A model generated the notes under the pieces. That model worked only from the letters and a program-made list of their open reading frames with translations. It was not told the origin of the DNA and made no database searches. A stretch of 64,000 bases of DNA, taken from Octopus bimaculoides (lineage: Eukaryota). The position numbers and the translations under genes are program-made. This document shows, piece by piece, positions 52,178-64,000 of this stretch; position 1 is the first letter of the stretch; each line of letters opens with the position of its first letter. The DNA lies in contig NC_068986.1 in NCBI RefSeq assembly GCF_001194135.2, positions 37,006,582 to 37,070,581 on the forward strand. The letters are read 5' to 3'.

Positions 52178-52221
<44 letters not shown>

Positions 52222-52376
52222 AAAAGAATAGGAAGGGTTTAGGTCGCTGATGATCTAAACCAATAGATATGCTGCATAAGTGCTGTAACATGAAAAAAAA
52301 AATACACACATTTAAAAAGCAGAAAATTGAATAAAAAACAAACCAATGAATGAATGAAATAAACTGAGTAACTTAC

Positions 52377-52521
52377 CATCATAAGAAATATAGCGATAAT
52401 CCCCTGGAGAGTAACTAGTCACTGTGTGTAGAAATGTGAAAGTGAACAGAATGAGAGCCAAGTGAAGTTGTAATTTCATAGGTGACAGTCGTGTCCGGCT
52501 CTTTACTAGTAGACTAAGCAT
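52377..52521 (-). CDS. Sema5: Sema5 coding exon 1 (signal peptide)
   Basis: MLSLLVKSRTRLSPMKLQLHLALILFTFTFLHTVTSYSPGDYRYISYD plus 1 nt. Donor G|gtaagt at 52376. Hydrophobic signal peptide and DYRYISY(D) N-terminus as in class-5 semaphorins. Start could be M1 (52521) or M15 (52479). Confidence 0.88.
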
Positions 52522-54242
52522 CGTCGACAGGTAATTTTACAGACATTTCTCCTCCGTTAACTCAATACCTTGGCGGTGGTGGTGATGGTGGTGGATGAAA
52601 TTCTTACTTGAAAAACACTACCCTCTTTTTGGTAATATTATGGCTCAGACTACATTGGACAGTAGTTATAGATAGTACAGGAGAGTGATAGGCTGGACTG
52701 ATGGCAACAATTTTTGTTTAATTACAAAAAGTAAACAAACAATCAAATAAATAAAAGACCAAATATGGATGAAAAAAAGACAAGGAAAGCGGAGAATTAT
52801 ATTTGGCTCAAACAGATTCCAAAACAAAATGGAACTAGTGGGGTGTTTCTTTAGTAGATGTATAATTTGGTATCCAATGCTGATCCTAATTCAAGTGTTT
52901 CAACTCAATCACAAAAGTATATTGCATATATAAATATAATATATATATATATATATGCGATATATATTATATATATATATATATTTATTTAATAATATAT
53001 TATTATTCCTGAATAGCAGTAATGGTACAATCCTCTGTAGTTGCAATGGTAGGTTGCGTCTTGGAAAGAAAATGCATTTGTCTTTTCTTTGAGTTTTGAT
53101 TAATTATTTATTGTTGTTGTTGGTATTACTGTTGTTCGTTGGTAGCGTTGGTGATAGTGGTAATGATGCTGAGGGCCAGGATGTAATTCTTTCTTCTTGC
53201 ATCGGCGGCCAAGTTCTGTAAACCCCATCGATTTGCCTGGATTTGACTGAAGCTGAAACACATCCAGAGATAACATTTGAACTGAGAACACAAACAAATA
53301 AGCAAATAAACAAACTAACTAACTAAACTAAAACAAAGAAAAAAAAAGACATGGAAACAGAAAGAAAATCTGGAATAATAATCAAAAGTCAATAAATAAA
53401 ACACAAATATAAACAGAATATATAATAGTAAAAATATAAAACAAATATAAAATGGTGATGAAGAAAAAAAAGAAGAGAAATAAGGAGGAGGAGAAAAAGA
53501 AAGAGAAGTATAAAGAAAGGAAAAGAAAAACAGAAGAAAAAGGAGAAAAAACAAGAGAATTAAGAAAATGGTAGAGAATAAAAAAGAGTGAAAGGCAGAG
53601 GAGTAGGAGGAGAGGAAAAGAGAAATGCCTCAAAGATGTATTAAAATTATATTCATATTTCCTTCTTCGATCAGTTCCCTCCTCCTCCTCTTCCTCCAAT
53701 TGGGAGAGAGGAGGAGAATGAAGAGGAGGAGGAGGAGGAGGTATCTATTTAGTTTTGATCATCTCTCACCTCTTCCACCAACAGTTACCTGTATATNNNN
53801 NNNNNNNNNNNNNNNNNNNNNNNNNNNNNNNNNNNNNNNNNNNNNNNNNNNNNNNNNNNNNNNNNNNNNNNNNNNNNNNNNNNNNNNNNNNNNNNNNNNN
53901 NNNNNNNNNNNNNNNNNNNNNNNNNNNNNNNNNNNNNNNNNNNNNNNNNNNNNNNNNNNNNNNNNNNNNNNNNNNNNNTACACACACAGATGACATATGT
54001 ATACATAACTCACACAGCTGAGAACATGCAAATACAAACACACAGTCTCTCTCTCTCTCTCTCTCCCTCTCTCTCTCTCTCCCTATCTCTCCCTCTCTCT
54101 CTCCCTCTCTCTCTCCCTCTCTCTCCCTCTCTCGGTTACCTTACACCCACATTGCTTTCTTCCCATTCCTTTATATTCCCCAATTCAACTTTTACACTTT
54201 CTTTCCATTCAATACAATGCATAGTCTCTCTCTTTCTCTCTT

Positions 54243-54277
<35 letters not shown>

Positions 54278-55301
54278 ACCAACCTATCTCTTACACTCTA
54301 AAACACTCTATCCAATCCAAAAATTTCTCCATTTGCTTCCTTTCTCTTTCTCTACACAATAAGACATCATCAGCTCTTTTCGTTTCTCTGTACAAGTCAA
54401 TAACCTATCCATTCTCTCAACCCCCCCCCATCTCAATAAACCCTCTCCATTTCCAATACAAAAATGTTCTCTCTACTACAAAACCTTACCTCTCTCTTTT
54501 TATCAAATAACCAACCTATCACTCCCCGTCCTTTCTTCATCAAGTGAATGCTTGATCTCTCCTCTCTCTCTCTCTCTAACACACACAAATAGCTTATCCT
54601 TCTCTCATTCTGTGTATGTGTGTGTGTGTGCATGCATGTCTATGTGTGTGCTTGCAATAACTGCTTAATCCAACAACCTCTCACCTCTTCCTCTCCAATA
54701 AACTCTTATCCTTTTTCTTCCCTAACAACTTTTCTTCTCTTTCTACACACTAACATTTCTCTTCACTCTCTCACCTTCATTCATAAGTATTCATATTTGT
54801 AAACATGCTCACACACACACACACACACACACACTTAGGGGCCTATGTTACTTAATTACCCACCCCTCTCCCTATTATATTTCTAACATAAGCTTATGTA
54901 GGCAATGAAGCCTTGGATTTTCAAGGAAGGTGGAACTGATATTAGTGATGTTCATAGTTCTAAACTTTTTTTATGTAACTATGAAGAGATTCTTCATTCC
55001 AGAATTTATAAACTAAGTACCAGGCATATGGTGACATCTGAACTTAAGTCTTACCNNNNNNNNNNNNNNNNNNNNNNNNNNNNNNNNNNNNNNNNNNNNN
55101 NNNNNNNNNNNNNNNNNNNNNNNNNNNNNNNNNNNNNNNNNNNNNNNNNNNNNNNNNNNNNNNNNNNNNNNNNNNNNNNNNNNNNNNNNNNNNNNNNNNN
55201 NNNNNNNNNNNNNNNNNNNNNNNNNNNNNNNNNNNNNNNNNNNNNNNNNNNNNNNNNNNNNCAGACACACAAACACATATATATACATATATATATATAT
55301 A

Positions 55302-55428
55302 TGACGGGCTTCTTTTAGTTTCCATCTACCAAATCCACTCACAAGGCTTTGGTCGGCCCAAGGCTATAGTAGAAGACACTTGCTCAAGGTGCCACACAGT
55401 GGGACTGAACCCGGAACCATGTGGTTCA
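55302..55428 (-). mobile_element. SINE family B, partial
   Basis: GACGGGCTTC...CCACTCACAAGGCTTTGGTCGGCCC...GGGACTGAACCC matches family B in reverse. Confidence 0.8.
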
Positions 55429-56909
55429 CTTCCTTAAAAAAAACTTCAGAACTTATGTCATATTAAGTTGATGGATTAGCAGAATTGTTAGATCAGAGGT
55501 AAAAACAATCAAGGATGCAAAAAAAAAAAAAAAAAAAAACTGGCTCCCAATGGGGTTTGAAACAGAATGTAAATGGATTCAATAAAAAAAAACCAGTCAT
55601 CTACTGTGGTGAATGGTATTGAGTAAAGCAATTCTCTTAAAAGTTACTGGTCTTGAGCCTGAATAATAAAAAGCAATTGCTATTGTTATTATTATTGCGC
55701 TAAGTGACAGATTATTTTGGGTGGTAAATAACAAATTCATTAGCAGGGATAAATGATGGGTTCAATAGGGTACTGAACAAAATAGTGTATAGTATTAAGT
55801 TACATCCCTTTATGTTCTCTTTTCACATCTCATTGAGGTCACCTTTGCATTTAATCTTGCCCAGGTTGATAATAAGTACATACCAAGTGATGGTATCAAT
55901 TTAAAGTGACATTTACTGATTCCCCAAAGTGTTTAACATTGTGGCTGTGGTAGACATAAGCATCATCATCATCATCATCATCATCATCGCTATTATTAAG
56001 ACTATAGAGTGGCTAAAACAATCAAGTAACATGCTAAATGTTATTCAGTATTTACTAATTTCTTTTTGTGTTCAAATCCCAACAGCAACTACCATTGTCT
56101 GCCAGGGACAATAAAACAAGTATGAAACTCATACTTGTTAATTAATCAACCTTATACATCTATGAAACTGATGCAAAATATTCTTTTATAGTTATTGTAA
56201 TTCATGTTCAGGTGAGCGCCAGCAGAGCAGGTCTATCATCCCAGGTGTTTCTCTTGTAACCATTCTGTATTTCTGAATATCTAGGACCAGATTGTCCAAT
56301 GTATTAATCTGTTTCTAAAATAGCAAGGTATGATTTGAGGAAGACTTGTTTGCTATTTCTATCAGATAAAGTGTTTACATAGTTCAGATACAACTGGTGC
56401 ATCACACAGTCATCCAACTTCATTACTTTATAAATGACAGCTGAGGTTTCTGCAACAATAAATAAAAAAAGGTCTCAATTAACTGCGAAGCGAGACTTCC
56501 AACACACCACTCTGTAACCAACATGATTTCCCTAAGCATCGCTTCCTACTGTTACAACCAGCATATTTGCCGGCCATCATCATACTTTCCACTAACCACA
56601 ACACATATATGCATGCATACACACACACACACACACAAGTATTATCTACAAATATCATCAAGCTACAAAAGTTCAAACTGAACATGAACAACATCGATCT
56701 CACTGGCCTGAGAGGGAAAGAGAGGTGTCAAAGATCATGGTTGCTCCCTCTGTCTCAGCCAAGTAAATGAAAAAGAAGTTTATGGCACTGACGATAAACA
56801 CAAGAAAATGTTAGAAAGAGAGAGAGAGAGAATAACAGAGACAGAATACACACACACATTTCTCTATTTCACACACACATTCACACATACTCTCTCTCCC
56901 TCTCTCTCT

Positions 56910-56940
<31 letters not shown>

Positions 56941-57800
56941 NNNNNNNNNNNNNNNNNNNNNNNNNNNNNNNNNNNNNNNNNNNNNNNNNNNNNNNNNNNN
57001 NNNNNNNNNNNNNNNNNNNNNNNNNNNNNNNNNNNNNNNNNNNNNNNNNNNNNNNNNNNNNNNNNNNNNNNNNNNNNNNNNNNNNNNNNNNNNNNNNNNN
57101 NNNNNNNNNNNNNNNNNNNNNNNNNNNNNNNNNNNNNNNNNNNNNNNNNNNNNNNNNNNNNNNNNNNNNNNNNNNNNNNNNNNNNNNNNNNNNNNNNNNN
57201 NNNNNNNNNNNNNNNNNNNNNNNNNNNNNNNNNNNNNNNNNNNNNNNNNNNNNNNNNNNNNNNNNNNNNNNNNNNNNNNNNNNNNNNNNNNNNNNNNNNN
57301 NNNNNNNNNNNNNNNNNNNNNNNNNNNNNNNNNNNNNNNNNNNNNNNNNNNNNNNNNNNNNNNNNNNNNNNNNNNNNNNNNNNNNNNNNNNNNNNNNNNN
57401 NNNNNNNNNNNNNNNNNNNNNNNNNNNNNNNNNNNNNNNNNNNNNNNNNNNNNNNNNNNNNNNNNNNNNNNNNNNNNNNNNNNNNNNNNNNNNNNNNNNN
57501 NNNNNNNNNNNNNNNNNNNNNNNNNNNNNNNNNNNNNNNNNNNNNNNNNNNNNNNNNNNNNNNNNNNNNNNNNNNNNNNNNNNNNNNNNNNNNNNNNNNN
57601 NNNNNNNNNNNNNNNNNNNNNNNNNNNNNNNNNNNNNNNNNNNNNNNNNNNNNNNNNNNNNNNNNNNNNNNNNNNNNNNNNNNNNNNNNNNNNNNNNNNN
57701 NNNNNNNNNNNNNNNNNNNNNNNNNNNNNNNNNNNNNNNNNNNNNNNNNNNNNNNNNNNNNNNNNNNNNNNNNNNNNNNNNNNNNNNNNNNNNNNNNNNN

Positions 57801-57859
<59 letters not shown>

Positions 57860-60568
57860 TTTGTATGTATTTTTATGTGAATGAATATGTATGCACATGT
57901 GTGTGTGTGTGCATGTATGTAGTGAGAGAGTGTATGTGAGGAAGAATATTGATAATGTTGGAGAGTGTAAGAAATATTATAAAGAAGGCGGAAATAAATA
58001 AATAAAATATTTCATAGTTATTAACATTGATAAAAGAAACATCTAACTCCTTAAAACATAGGTACAATTTTCAAACTGTTTCATTTATCATTTATCATTT
58101 TCTTAGTTTTATATTTACTTTTCTTTCTGTTATTTTATGGGGCAGTTTTGCTTCCTCAGAGGTCCTAATAGTAAGAGTGAATGTTTTCTTTCAGCTCCTA
58201 ATCACCTATAAATGTCTACACTTCTTTCTGGAGATCTAACAACTCTCTTACTGTGGGTTATTGGGCAGGGTAGAGATGAGTAACTAACATAAAATATTTC
58301 TCCAATATAATGGAATGGAGCTTGGTGAAAGAATTTGCTTTTAATCTATGGTTTGTTAGTTTAATGTTGAATATTATAATGTTGATGTATTCTCCAGAAG
58401 AAATGTTGTTAAATACATCCAACGTATAATAAGGAGGATTAGCTTTGCTGAAACAAAACTATGTTGCCATAACTGTTTCCAATCAAACATGACGTAAATT
58501 CTTTCTGGAAGATTTCAGTCTGAAAATCAACAATATTTTTGTGAACTTTTCTCTTTCAGTTAATTATCTTCAAATACAGATTAATACATATACAGAAAGA
58601 TATAACTGATGCATATAAACAGATGGAAAGGTAAACCTTTTGCGGAAGTATTTTTAATGAAATATACTGTTTATATGTTTCAATTAAGTTTAAAATTTAA
58701 GGATTCTGAGAGATTTAGTTAACTAACTTCCATGTTATTCAGCTGGCATCTGGAATATAATTTAACAATAGTTTAAATATTATTGACTTAAAAAATATAT
58801 TTGTGGATGAAGGTGGAATACATATGGAAGTGTGGCTGTTTGGTAAGAAGTTTGATTCCCAACCACATGGTTTCAGGTACATTCCCTGGGCAGACCAAAT
58901 AGTTGAGACAGGATTATGTTGGCAAAAGCTGAAAAAAGCCCATGCTGTGTGTATGTATGTATGTATGTATGTTTCTATGTATGTATGTATGAGTGTGTAT
59001 TTGAGTTACTGTTTCTTTGCCTTGACATGATGATTGTAAACAAGTCTCACTCTCATACAAGCAGAGTCTTTCACATCTGATCTGTGAAGATATGTCAGGT
59101 CATGGGGAAGTACTTAGAAACTGGTGAGGGTTGGTGACTGATTGTAAAAAAAAACCCCATTAAAATCAGTGCAACCCATGCAAGCATGGAAAAGTGGACA
59201 TTGGAATGATGAGATTATGGTGATGACACAAGATTCACCAACCTATAAATCAAGATATATTTTTTCTATCTGAACACAGAAACCTTAATATTCCAAAATA
59301 ATCTCAAATCATTGTAGGTGGGGTTGTATTTTTCATATTGCTTTGTGGAAGATGTCTTGTTGAATTTGTAGATTGCAGTATTTAAGTTGGTCATTGTGGT
59401 GTAGTTAAATTCAGAGAACTTTGATAATGCTTCGTGTTGAAACTTATTCTAATGTACATTTCTGAAGTATGTAAAAATATTTTTTACATTCCTCATATTC
59501 ATTGATATTGCAAGTGCATTGTGTTTCAAGGTTAGGCACAAAAACAACAATTTTAAAGAGAGTTGATACCAACAATGCTAGTACTAAATTGGTACTTTAT
59601 TTTATTGATCCCAGAAATATGAAAGGCAAAGTTGACCAAGGCAAAATTTGAATTTGTAATGTAAAGAGTCAGATAAAAAGCTGCAAAGCATTTTTTCTCA
59701 CCATTCTAATGATTGTACCATTCTGTTACCTTAGTGTGTGGTGAGAATAACTGGTGGGTGGTCTAAGGACAGTTAGGGAATATTTGCCAAGTAATTGTGA
59801 TAGCTAGGTATGTAGATCAGAATATGATATCTGGGGAAAAGTTTTCAGAGTTGGCTTAATGAGTTATGTACGTGTTGATGTAGATTGTTTAGGATATAAA
59901 GGGAGTTTAGTTATGATGCTATTGTATTATCCCTTTTGTTATCTGTATTATATGAAAACCAGAAGGTTTTGAATGCATTGAAGATGCAGAAGCAGTCACA
60001 AGAGTACACAGACAAACAGAATGGCACAGAGGTAGGCATAGAGTGTACAGACACACAGACAGAAGGGCACAAAGACAGGTAAAAGAGAAATTAAACAGAA
60101 TGGCTCATGACAGACACAAGGGTGCTGACAGACAGACAAAAGAGTGCACAGACAGACAAAAGAGTGCACAGACAGATAGAAAAATGTGCCAGAATACAAA
60201 TGAATAGAAGGATATATAAGTAGATAGATGTGTGAATGGATAAACAGACAACCAGGACAGATATTTTCAGTGAAAATAAAAAATAAGGATTGTGAACAAA
60301 TCATCTTCCAAAACTCAAATATTCTTCCTTACAGCACACCAACATACCTCACTTTTCACCTACTTTTCACTAAATTGATTATATCTGAAACAGACAGCCA
60401 TTGAAATTTTAGAAATAAATTTATTGAATTCAAACTCTTCAATAAGTTATGTGTTAGGCCTCCTGAGGCTAAACACATCACTTTATTTCTAAAGGATACA
60501 ATGAAGGGGGTTCCACTTTCCAACTTTATGCCGAAAACAAATGTTTCAGCATCGCACGCGTGTATCTA

Positions 60569-60571
<3 letters not shown>

Positions 60572-60659
<88 letters not shown>
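60572..60659. repeat. (GT)n microsatellite
   Basis: Perfect dinucleotide run. Confidence 0.95.
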
Positions 60660-60662
<3 letters not shown>

Positions 60663-61497
60663 CATGGTAATGTGGTTAAGAAATTCATTTCCCAATAACT
60701 TGGTTTGGGGTTCAGTTTCACTGTATGACACCTTCGCAACTGTTTCCTACTCTATTCCCAGACTCACCAAAATGAGAGGACTTAGTACACAGAAAATAAA
60801 CCCATTGCATGTATATGCGTTTGTATAAATAAATAAATACACATAACTTTCTCACCACATACATACATGTAAATTTAATTTTTCTGTCCCCTCATCTCTT
60901 TTCCTCTCAATAACTCTGTGTTCATCACCAGCTTCCTCTCTCCCTTTATTTTCTCCTTTAGTTTTCCTGCCTTTACTTTCAACCCCTTCTCTCTCTCTCT
61001 CTCCACCTCATTCACTATATCCTACACATATGCACACTTAAGTTATAATTTTTTTCAACAGCCTCTTTCTACCACAACCCAAGAGTTCTCCATTGGCATT
61101 ATTATTATTATTATCATCATTATTATTATTATTATTATTCAGCTCTTCCTTTGCCTTCTATTTATTACCTAATTACCATCAGTTAAGAGTCAAATGCCAG
61201 AAGACCAGCAAGACTCAAATAAAACATGCAATTAAATGGTAGGCAGAAACACCAGGCATGTGATCCTGTACAGAATTAATAGTTTGGACACATATACATA
61301 CGTTTTACTACAGCTTTTAATCTTCCCATAAATTTGTTCATATTCAAAACGATTGAAATTAAACCAGATAATTTTTCCTTTTCCTTCTTTTTTTTTTTTT
61401 TGCTCAGTTTAATTCCAGTTTGTGTGGGGGTGGGTATTATGTAAATGTGTGTGTGTATATCTATCTGTATATTTAACCAAATATACTGTACTTAGGG

Positions 61498-61879
61498 GTG
61501 GAGGCGCAATGGCCCAGTGGTTAGGGCAGCAGACTCACGGTCATAGGATCGCGGTTTCGATTCCCAGACCGGGCATTGTGAGTGTTTATTGAGCGAAAAC
61601 ACCTAAAGCTCCACGAGGCTCCAGCAGGGGATGGTGGAAAACCCTGCTGTACTCTTTCACCACAACTTTCTCTCATTCTTTCTTCCTGTTTCTGTTGTGC
61701 CTGTATTTCAAAGGGTCAGCCTTGTCACACTGTGTCACGCTGAATATCCCTGAGAATTACGTTAAGGGTACACGTGTCTGTGAAGTGCTCAGCCAATTGC
61801 ATGTTAATTTCACGAGCAGGCTGTTCCGTTGATTGGATCAACTGGAACCCTCGACGTCGTAAGCGACGGAGTGCCAACA
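61498..61879 (+). mobile_element. tRNA-derived SINE, family A, with 13-bp TSD
   Basis: Full-length copy; TSD ACTGTACTTAGGG at 61485-61497 and 61880-61892. Confidence 0.93.
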
Positions 61880-62386
61880 ACTGTACTTAGGGGTACTGCT
61901 GTAGACATGCAGTTAAGAAATTCACTCTGCAACAACATGGCTTAGGGTTCAGTCACATTGCATGGCATCAACTATGGGGACAATATATTTCTAAATATTA
62001 TGATATAATATATATACACACAAACACACACACACATTTATGTATTTACAGACACACACATTCATATACATACATACATGCATATATATTCATTCACATG
62101 TACACATTTATATCTATAAATATACACACATATCTATACACGTCTTTATGCCCATACATAACACATGCACTTAACTACGTAAAAGACTGCAAGAAAATAC
62201 AAAAGACAAGAATCACAACCAATTTTAGGTTCAAAGGAACCAAGTGTACCAATTACAGAATTTGCCAAGGATACCCAACAATTTGTAGAAATGTATTGAT
62301 AAAAGGAAAAAGAGCAGTAGATGTAAATATCTATTTTACTATAGATATAATACCTCACCATGCTTTCAATAATCAAGATACAGTGT

Positions 62387-62431
<45 letters not shown>

Positions 62432-62545
62432 TGTGTGTGTGATACACATGCATGCATAAATTCATAATTGGATATAACTATCTATTTGTTTATTCATAAA
62501 TATACATACATACTTGCATACATATACACACACACATATATATAT

Positions 62546-62614
<69 letters not shown>

Positions 62615-64000
62615 AACACACACATATATATAAAACACTGATTGTTCATTGTCATCTATACACGGAACAGCGTACCTTTTAAATTCCAAACATTATTGAA
62701 TATTTTATTCATACATAGATTGTTCCATCGATTAGAAAGAAACCTTTTTTGTGTTTGTTTTTAAACCTCTAACCCATCATTTTGTTCCAAGTGTGGTTGT
62801 GTGTGTGTGTGTGTGAGAAAGAGAGAGGGGGAGGGAGAGAGAGGATTGCTTTTTACTGATAGTTTATGCTCTTAAGAATTCTCATGCCACAACATACCTG
62901 TATACAAATGTAATGTTGTACTTCTATCTCTGCCTCCTCACTCACAACACAGGCATGTCAATCCCGAGACTCTACACAAAAAATAATACTGAATATTTTA
63001 TTCCAAGTGCCCTGTGAAATTCCTTGTGTTCTCTATGTATTCCCATTACAGTAACTTCTAGCTTCAGTACTTTTATGGTAAGACGCATTTTTAATTTATT
63101 ATTATTTATATTTTGTTAAATTCTGAGAAAAGAAAAACACATGTATACATCCATGTTCATGAATATTGCTTGAAATATCCACATACCACTACCACCGTTC
63201 AAAAATATTTCAGAAACCAAAAATACCAAAAGGATAGAAGTTACAAGTTTTACACTGAAAGGAAAGAAACAGAGAGTGATATAACATTTCAGACTGTGAT
63301 CCTTCAACAAGAGACAGGAGATGAAAAAGGAGTGAAATAAAATAAAAACATTCCAAAAAAGATGCTGCGATGGAGAGGACACGTCAGAAACTGAAATATT
63401 ACCAAACTGACACAGAACCCCCAAATCACTACCATTCTCTCAATCATTCATGAATTTTTATGAGTAAATAGTTTTTTCTTCATCATCTTTATTGTAACCG
63501 GCAGCACCGCCATCATCATCATCATCATCACTACCACCACCAACAGCATCGTTATCGTTATCACCATTAGCATCTATATCCTGATGGTCACCTTCCTTAG
63601 CATTGCCAATTAAGAAGCTATTATAAGACTGTTGCCGCTGCAGCTTGACATGGTCATATCAAGATTATTGATAAGGTCCTAACTTTGAAAGTACTTCATC
63701 TACTACAACTACTTGTGCAATGAGATGAGATGAGATGGCTGGCACAGGGGGAAATCAGATAATTGAGGGGGTGGAGAGTATCTACTTGAAGAACATGATG
63801 AACAGTAAAGGGACTTCAAATCAAGAAGCTGAATCATTCCACTTCCAGCTACTACCTTTGTACAGGGTCATAATTCATGTGAGAAGCCTATGAGCAGTCG
63901 CCTGGCCTACTAGAAATAATAGCCAAATATTTCACATATCATACACAACATCATTTTAATAAAAGGAAGAATGCATTAGATAATGTAACCTTGGGCATTT

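Noticed and set aside
47664-57898. Long 240-360 aa ORFs such as 47664-48563 and 56808-57884
   Set aside because: They are open only because they run through N gaps.
57940-58720. Coding-like minus-strand stretch (PPYYTLDVFNNISSGEYINIIIFNIKLTNHRLKANSF...)
   Set aside because: Interrupted by stops and I recognise no motif; possibly an old TE ORF. A tBLASTx or HMMER search against Dfam/Pfam would be needed.

Overview
AT-rich, microsatellite-dense, N-gapped animal genomic DNA. The SINE/LINE families and (AT)n/(CA)n/(GAT)n load look like an octopus (coleoid cephalopod) scaffold; the species call is inference. The only host gene found is a class-5 semaphorin on the minus strand. I assembled 14 coding exons by hand (52521 down to 1734), all GT-AG with consistent phases, totalling 1816 nt (605 codons + 1 nt). 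They encode signal peptide, Sema domain, PSI domain and the first thrombospondin type-1 repeat; the gene continues off the left edge and its 5' UTR exons are unresolved. The first coding intron is 25.8 kb. Introns hold at least five SINE/short retroelement families, relics of Penelope-like, R4/Dong-like and CR1/Jockey-like retrotransposons, a pogo/Tigger transposase relic, and hAT-, piggyBac- and pogo-type MITEs. The best leads are two hammerhead-ribozyme-like motifs (one a non-canonical core variant), several inverted repeats that would fold the semaphorin pre-mRNA into dsRNA (candidate ADAR or circRNA substrates), a uORF overlapping the first start codon, and a duplicated 70-bp hairpin/E-box element. 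No prokaryote-type system, CRISPR array or true tRNA/rRNA gene was found.
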